From a candidate division FCPU426 bacterium (GTDB lineage Bacteria > Oederibacteriota > Muellerivitia > Muellerivitales > Muellerivitaceae), in contig CAVRAL010000001.1 of assembly GCA_963719085.1 (NCBI GenBank), forward strand, positions 640,001-704,000: a DNA stretch of 64,000 nucleotides, given 5' to 3'. The translations under genes were made by a program, and so were the position numbers. The notes below the pieces were generated by a model. The model saw only the letters and a list, made by a program, of their open reading frames with translations, did no database searches and had not been told where the DNA came from. How positions within the stretch are numbered: position 1 is the stretch's first letter; each line of letters starts with the position of its first letter. Positions 61,301 through 64,000 of this stretch are shown here, piece by piece.

Positions 61301-64000
61301 CGCCAAGGAAAAACTCTCGAATATCCTGGCCCTCTTAAACGCCGATACCGCCAGCCACAAAATCGCGGGCACGGTGGATGGGAATTTGGCCGTGACCGGC
61401 ACCCTGGGGCATCCGGCGCTGAAGTTTGACATGATGGGAACCGACCTTCGTTTCGACCAGAATATCGCGCCGACGGCCGATCTTCATTTTTCCGTGGATG
61501 TGGCTCAACACCAGTTGGCCGTGGGCGCCAGCCACATCTCGCTCAGCAAGGGACAAATCAATATCGATCAAGGAAGCCTTTCGTTAGATCCGCAGGACGC
61601 TAGTCTTTTGTCCGTGGATTTGACCGGCTCCACCCAAAATCTACCGATCGCTATTTTTCAGCTTTCCAGCCAGATTCATATGAAGGGGCAGCTGGCCCTG
61701 GCGGATAAGCCTTCCCGTCCCACCTTCGCGGGAACCGTATCCGTCATTGACTCCGAATCATCGGGGACTACGATCGCCTCAAACTCGGCCGCCGGCGGCA
61801 AGGCCTCGGCGTTTGATTTGAGCTTGAGCGTGGACCATGGGCGGATTGACTTTAAGCCCTTGGACACGCCCAATCCCCAATTGGTCGGGGTATTGGATTA
61901 CTCCCAAGCCAGCAAAATTTTATTCGACCATTTGAGGCTGGTGAATTCCGCCGGCAGCTTCCTTTTGAATGGAACCTTGGATTTAAACGGTCCGTGCGAC
62001 TTGACCTCGGACGCGCAAAATGTACCCATCGAAGAAATCGGAAAGTGGTTTTTTCCCGGTTTTGGTCTAACGGGTAACGGTAATTATCATTTGATTTTGC
62101 AAGGGACCTTGGTGGCCCCGATTTTTAACGCGTCTTTTTCCATCGCGGGCGGCAAATATGAGTCGCTCAACTTTGATCTTTTGAGCGGCGACTTAAAATC
62201 CAAGGGAAACACCCTGTTGTTGGGGACCGAAGACGTGCCTTTGGTGATCAGTAAGAAGGGCCTTTACAGTTTCAATGTCCATGGGCAGATTCCTTTTACC
62301 TTCTCGCCGGCGGGTTGGGCCAAAATCAAAAATCAGGATATGAGCATCGACGCGGCGATGGATCAAGGGGATTTCAGCCTCATTCTCTTAACCGGGTTGG
62401 TTCAGAAGGCCTCGGGCAGTATGGATTTTTCCGCCCATGTCGGCGGGACCTTGGATGACCCGGTGTTAAATATGGATCTGGATCTCGCGAAGGCTTCATT
62501 GGTGCCCCCCGGGTACGCTCATTCGGTGGATGACTTGAGCGGGCGCATCAAGGTTCGGGACAACCATGTGGCGGTCGACGATTTGAACGGATTGATCGGG
62601 CATGACCGGTTCTTTATTTGGACGCCGCCCCTGAAGGACAGCAAGATGGTGCTGCAGAATTTCATTCCCCAATATTTAGACCTTCGGGTGAGGACTGTGG
62701 GGGACCGGGGTCTTTACTTAAACATCCCCGGCATCATGAACGACGATGAATGGGGCGAAATCGAGTTTTATGGGGCCACCAAGGAAGACCCGATGCTCAT
62801 TGTCGGGCCCATCACCGCGCCTGAGATCCACGGAACGGCGTTGCTCCAGACGGGTCATTACACCTTCCCACCGCCGGAAAAGGGGGGCAAGGTCGTCACT
62901 TATAATTCACTGGCAAGCGTGCTGTTTGACCTGACCTTGATTTCAGGCAGCAACGCTTGGTATTCGAACAGCTTCGCCGGGGAATATCTGGAGCTCAAGA
63001 TCGACCCGGGGGATACGATGAAAATCGTCGGCCGGGACTCGGATAAGACGGCGGACACGCCGGGGATAAAATGTATCGGCAGCGCGGGATCCAAACAAGG
63101 TTTCTTGCGCTACCTGGGCCAGGAATTTCAACTGGGGGAAGCGAGCCTTTATATCCCCAAAGGCAAGCTGCCCGTCATGCGGGGCTGGGCCACGGATACA
63201 CTTAAAAATGTCCAAATCGTCACCGCGGGAGGCGTGCGCCAGTCGGATGTTCAAATCCGGGTTGATTTCAACGGCCCCTTCGGCGACGTCGATCTTAAAC
63301 TAAGCTCAATCCCCCGGGTGGCCGCCACCAACGACGAGGAAGCCCAACAGCAGATCCTGCTTTCCTATCTCATGTTCAACCGGGATATGACGGGTTACAC
63401 CCGGGAAGATTTACAACAGGCCTATCAACAGAATACGGGCAGTGTGGCCACCGACGCGGCGTTGGACGCCCTTGACCGGATTTCCTCGGCCCAATTGACC
63501 TCGGCTTTGAGGCCGTTGGCTCAAGGCCTGGGAGGGCTGGACGTGAATATCCATTCCAACGCGTTCTCGAACAACTTTGGGAGTAATCCCAACGCGTCCA
63601 CCCAGAATTCGGGCCCCGGAGGAGTCGAGCCGAATGGAACCACTTTGCCGGCCGGCGTCTCGCCGGTGGTTCAACTTCAACTCCAGAAATATTTGGATTC
63701 CAAATTTTCCGTGCAGGGGGAGTTTGGTTATTTGAGGGATCAGGCCACCGGTTATTCGGACATTCAAAGTCAGCTCGGGGTTGGCTACGATTTTAATAAA
63801 AACCTTTCGGTGAACGCCATGACGGGACAGAACGATTCGGGTCAATACGAGAATAAGTTCACTTTGGGATTTCACGCCGAGCTGCCGAATATCATGTCGG
63901 CGAACAAAGACGATAAGGACCCTCCTAAATTCGTCAATGTGGAGGTGTATCCGCTTGGCCCGGGGAAAATACATGTGGATTGGGAGACCGATAAGGTGAC
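58359..64000 (+). CDS. tamB: TamB/AsmA-like bridge protein, at least 1880 aa, truncated by the window end
   Basis: ATG 58359 MGNKPPKPGWLLPSSIGLAALLVAGYFF (TM anchor); DUF490-like end (LQKYLDSKFSV..LGVGYDFNKNLSV) in the same frame. The ORF track lists no stop-terminated ORF in this frame, implying it is open to the window end. Confidence 0.8.
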   Translation, partial: MGNKPPKPGWLLPSSIGLAALLVAGYFFIQDHVVDAQLQPALQKKLTDLLHSPVSLESVRADIRGGVELRNVSFQIPVSGLEVRALVEKASVRLSLVDLLWRHKSVADSLESLTVHHPKLFISRGSPPAAGEAAPPTSAPTPASFPLLPFKKIFVRDGELFFQSGEDKEGKRVAQQIDLQAFTDDSHRWGLWIEAKPPEEKSSGSLVLTGSVNLDEAKLVGKVELADWTLAGVGPMLKSLTGWDLLGGQANVDVPFAYRPGRNFWFDIRGHVQDATVRAPGPNGVLFTGIQGRTAIRPTELTLSQPLRFQVGQTAWQASGVIPFDGRPVSLTTSTDALYLTTLINDVLQLKDLKTDGVGQAAMTVTGQFLNPTIQGSAELGTSHVGDWQLDSLALSANYDKGVFQLTQITGKLYDGTLNASGQVLLNGASEPVSLKATLENVQAKKVAAILGLNGLEGTTNAQVAVSGTLQEPIFSSNASLDLVRTLRNTLYHYSITNQIQLKDQKIKFSVVLNDQSHLSGEFIEKPDAWEFGKLSMTNGKRTIQFQGQGQWPKAMDKPIQMQIQGTGISLQDLVFFKDQFPEVSGQVAVKFILSGTRSALAGSLGLQSPDVVLGKGLAPGPLSVFLDWTPDNLLIHELRYGNSSNQNFSITGTLGLQSDSPMDLKIQADQMPLALLAEITNWNNPPQPFTGSVTGKIHCGGVRKNPILEGEGQVAHLQFGEQTADLVDALVTSNNGKIQIQKINLTQGANDLKVSGSWDTGAAPARMALDFSAHHFQILNGPSLTGDFHWDAQTGDPWWGNWKGVFSSALISLQTAPQTSYQFHDFALNASSQNSVIKGLVGLGKTATGTATIDFSGPQPQLEAQLKIDPVLLSQAPDLTQFLPAGLNAAGLISGNVSVPKTTFGALALEGHFAVADGKIQNYAFDSLKLDFTGNQGKLSPTLNLTRDAATYSLAGTIAAASVTEAFWNPDGLINLNGPFAKEKLSNILALLNADTASHKIAGTVDGNLAVTGTLGHPALKFDMMGTDLRFDQNIAPTADLHFSVDVAQHQLAVGASHISLSKGQINIDQGSLSLDPQDASLLSVDLTGSTQNLPIAIFQLSSQIHMKGQLALADKPSRPTFAGTVSVIDSESSGTTIASNSAAGGKASAFDLSLSVDHGRIDFKPLDTPNPQLVGVLDYSQASKILFDHLRLVNSAGSFLLNGTLDLNGPCDLTSDAQNVPIEEIGKWFFPGFGLTGNGNYHLILQGTLVAPIFNASFSIAGGKYESLNFDLLSGDLKSKGNTLLLGTEDVPLVISKKGLYSFNVHGQIPFTFSPAGWAKIKNQDMSIDAAMDQGDFSLILLTGLVQKASGSMDFSAHVGGTLDDPVLNMDLDLAKASLVPPGYAHSVDDLSGRIKVRDNHVAVDDLNGLIGHDRFFIWTPPLKDSKMVLQNFIPQYLDLRVRTVGDRGLYLNIPGIMNDDEWGEIEFYGATKEDPMLIVGPITAPEIHGTALLQTGHYTFPPPEKGGKVVTYNSLASVLFDLTLISGSNAWYSNSFAGEYLELKIDPGDTMKIVGRDSDKTADTPGIKCIGSAGSKQGFLRYLGQEFQLGEASLYIPKGKLPVMRGWATDTLKNVQIVTAGGVRQSDVQIRVDFNGPFGDVDLKLSSIPRVAATNDEEAQQQILLSYLMFNRDMTGYTREDLQQAYQQNTGSVATDAALDALDRISSAQLTSALRPLAQGLGGLDVNIHSNAFSNNFGSNPNASTQNSGPGGVEPNGTTLPAGVSPVVQLQLQKYLDSKFSVQGEFGYLRDQATGYSDIQSQLGVGYDFNKNLSVNAMTGQNDSGQYENKFTLGFHAELPNIMSANKDDKDPPKFVNVEVYPLGPGKIHVDWETDKV

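Noticed and set aside
58385..63974. Many short ORFs in the last 5.6 kb, suggesting a non-coding or decayed region
   Set aside because: All are explained as shadows of one open plus-strand TamB-like frame from 58359.

Overview
Core chromosome of an uncultured-looking diderm bacterium. Diderm envelope genes (LptD, LptF/G, LolCDE, TamB, PorV-like barrels) occur with McsA/McsB/ClpC and Thr/Pro-rich secreted proteins. In order: a convergent GT2 and TIGR03663-type GT-C pair; an envelope cluster (PorV-like, Pro/Ser repeat protein, lptF/G, lptD); uvrA; a second PorV-like gene; a Crp regulator; polyprenyl synthase; an 11-subunit complex I (nuoABCDHIJKLMN, no nuoEFG); a ccsA-hemA-hemC-cobA/hemD-hemB-hemL cluster interrupted by orphan genes; TPR/beta-barrel genes; a rearranged pheT-zapB-zapA-[glgP]-6S RNA-rarA-ygfA-ymdB block lacking pheS and rny; frameshifted prfB; lysS-lolCE-lolD-mcsA-mcsB-clpC; and a TamB-like ORF of at least 1880 codons that runs off the end and is absent from the ORF track. 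I saw no transposase, integrase, CRISPR array, tRNA or rRNA. The most intriguing signals are four intergenic hairpin elements with arms built from two or three periodic C(A/G)CNRAG units, and a TamB whose reading frame continues past its usual terminal strand into an FN3/Ig-like segment. All calls come from motif recognition by eye; no searches were run.
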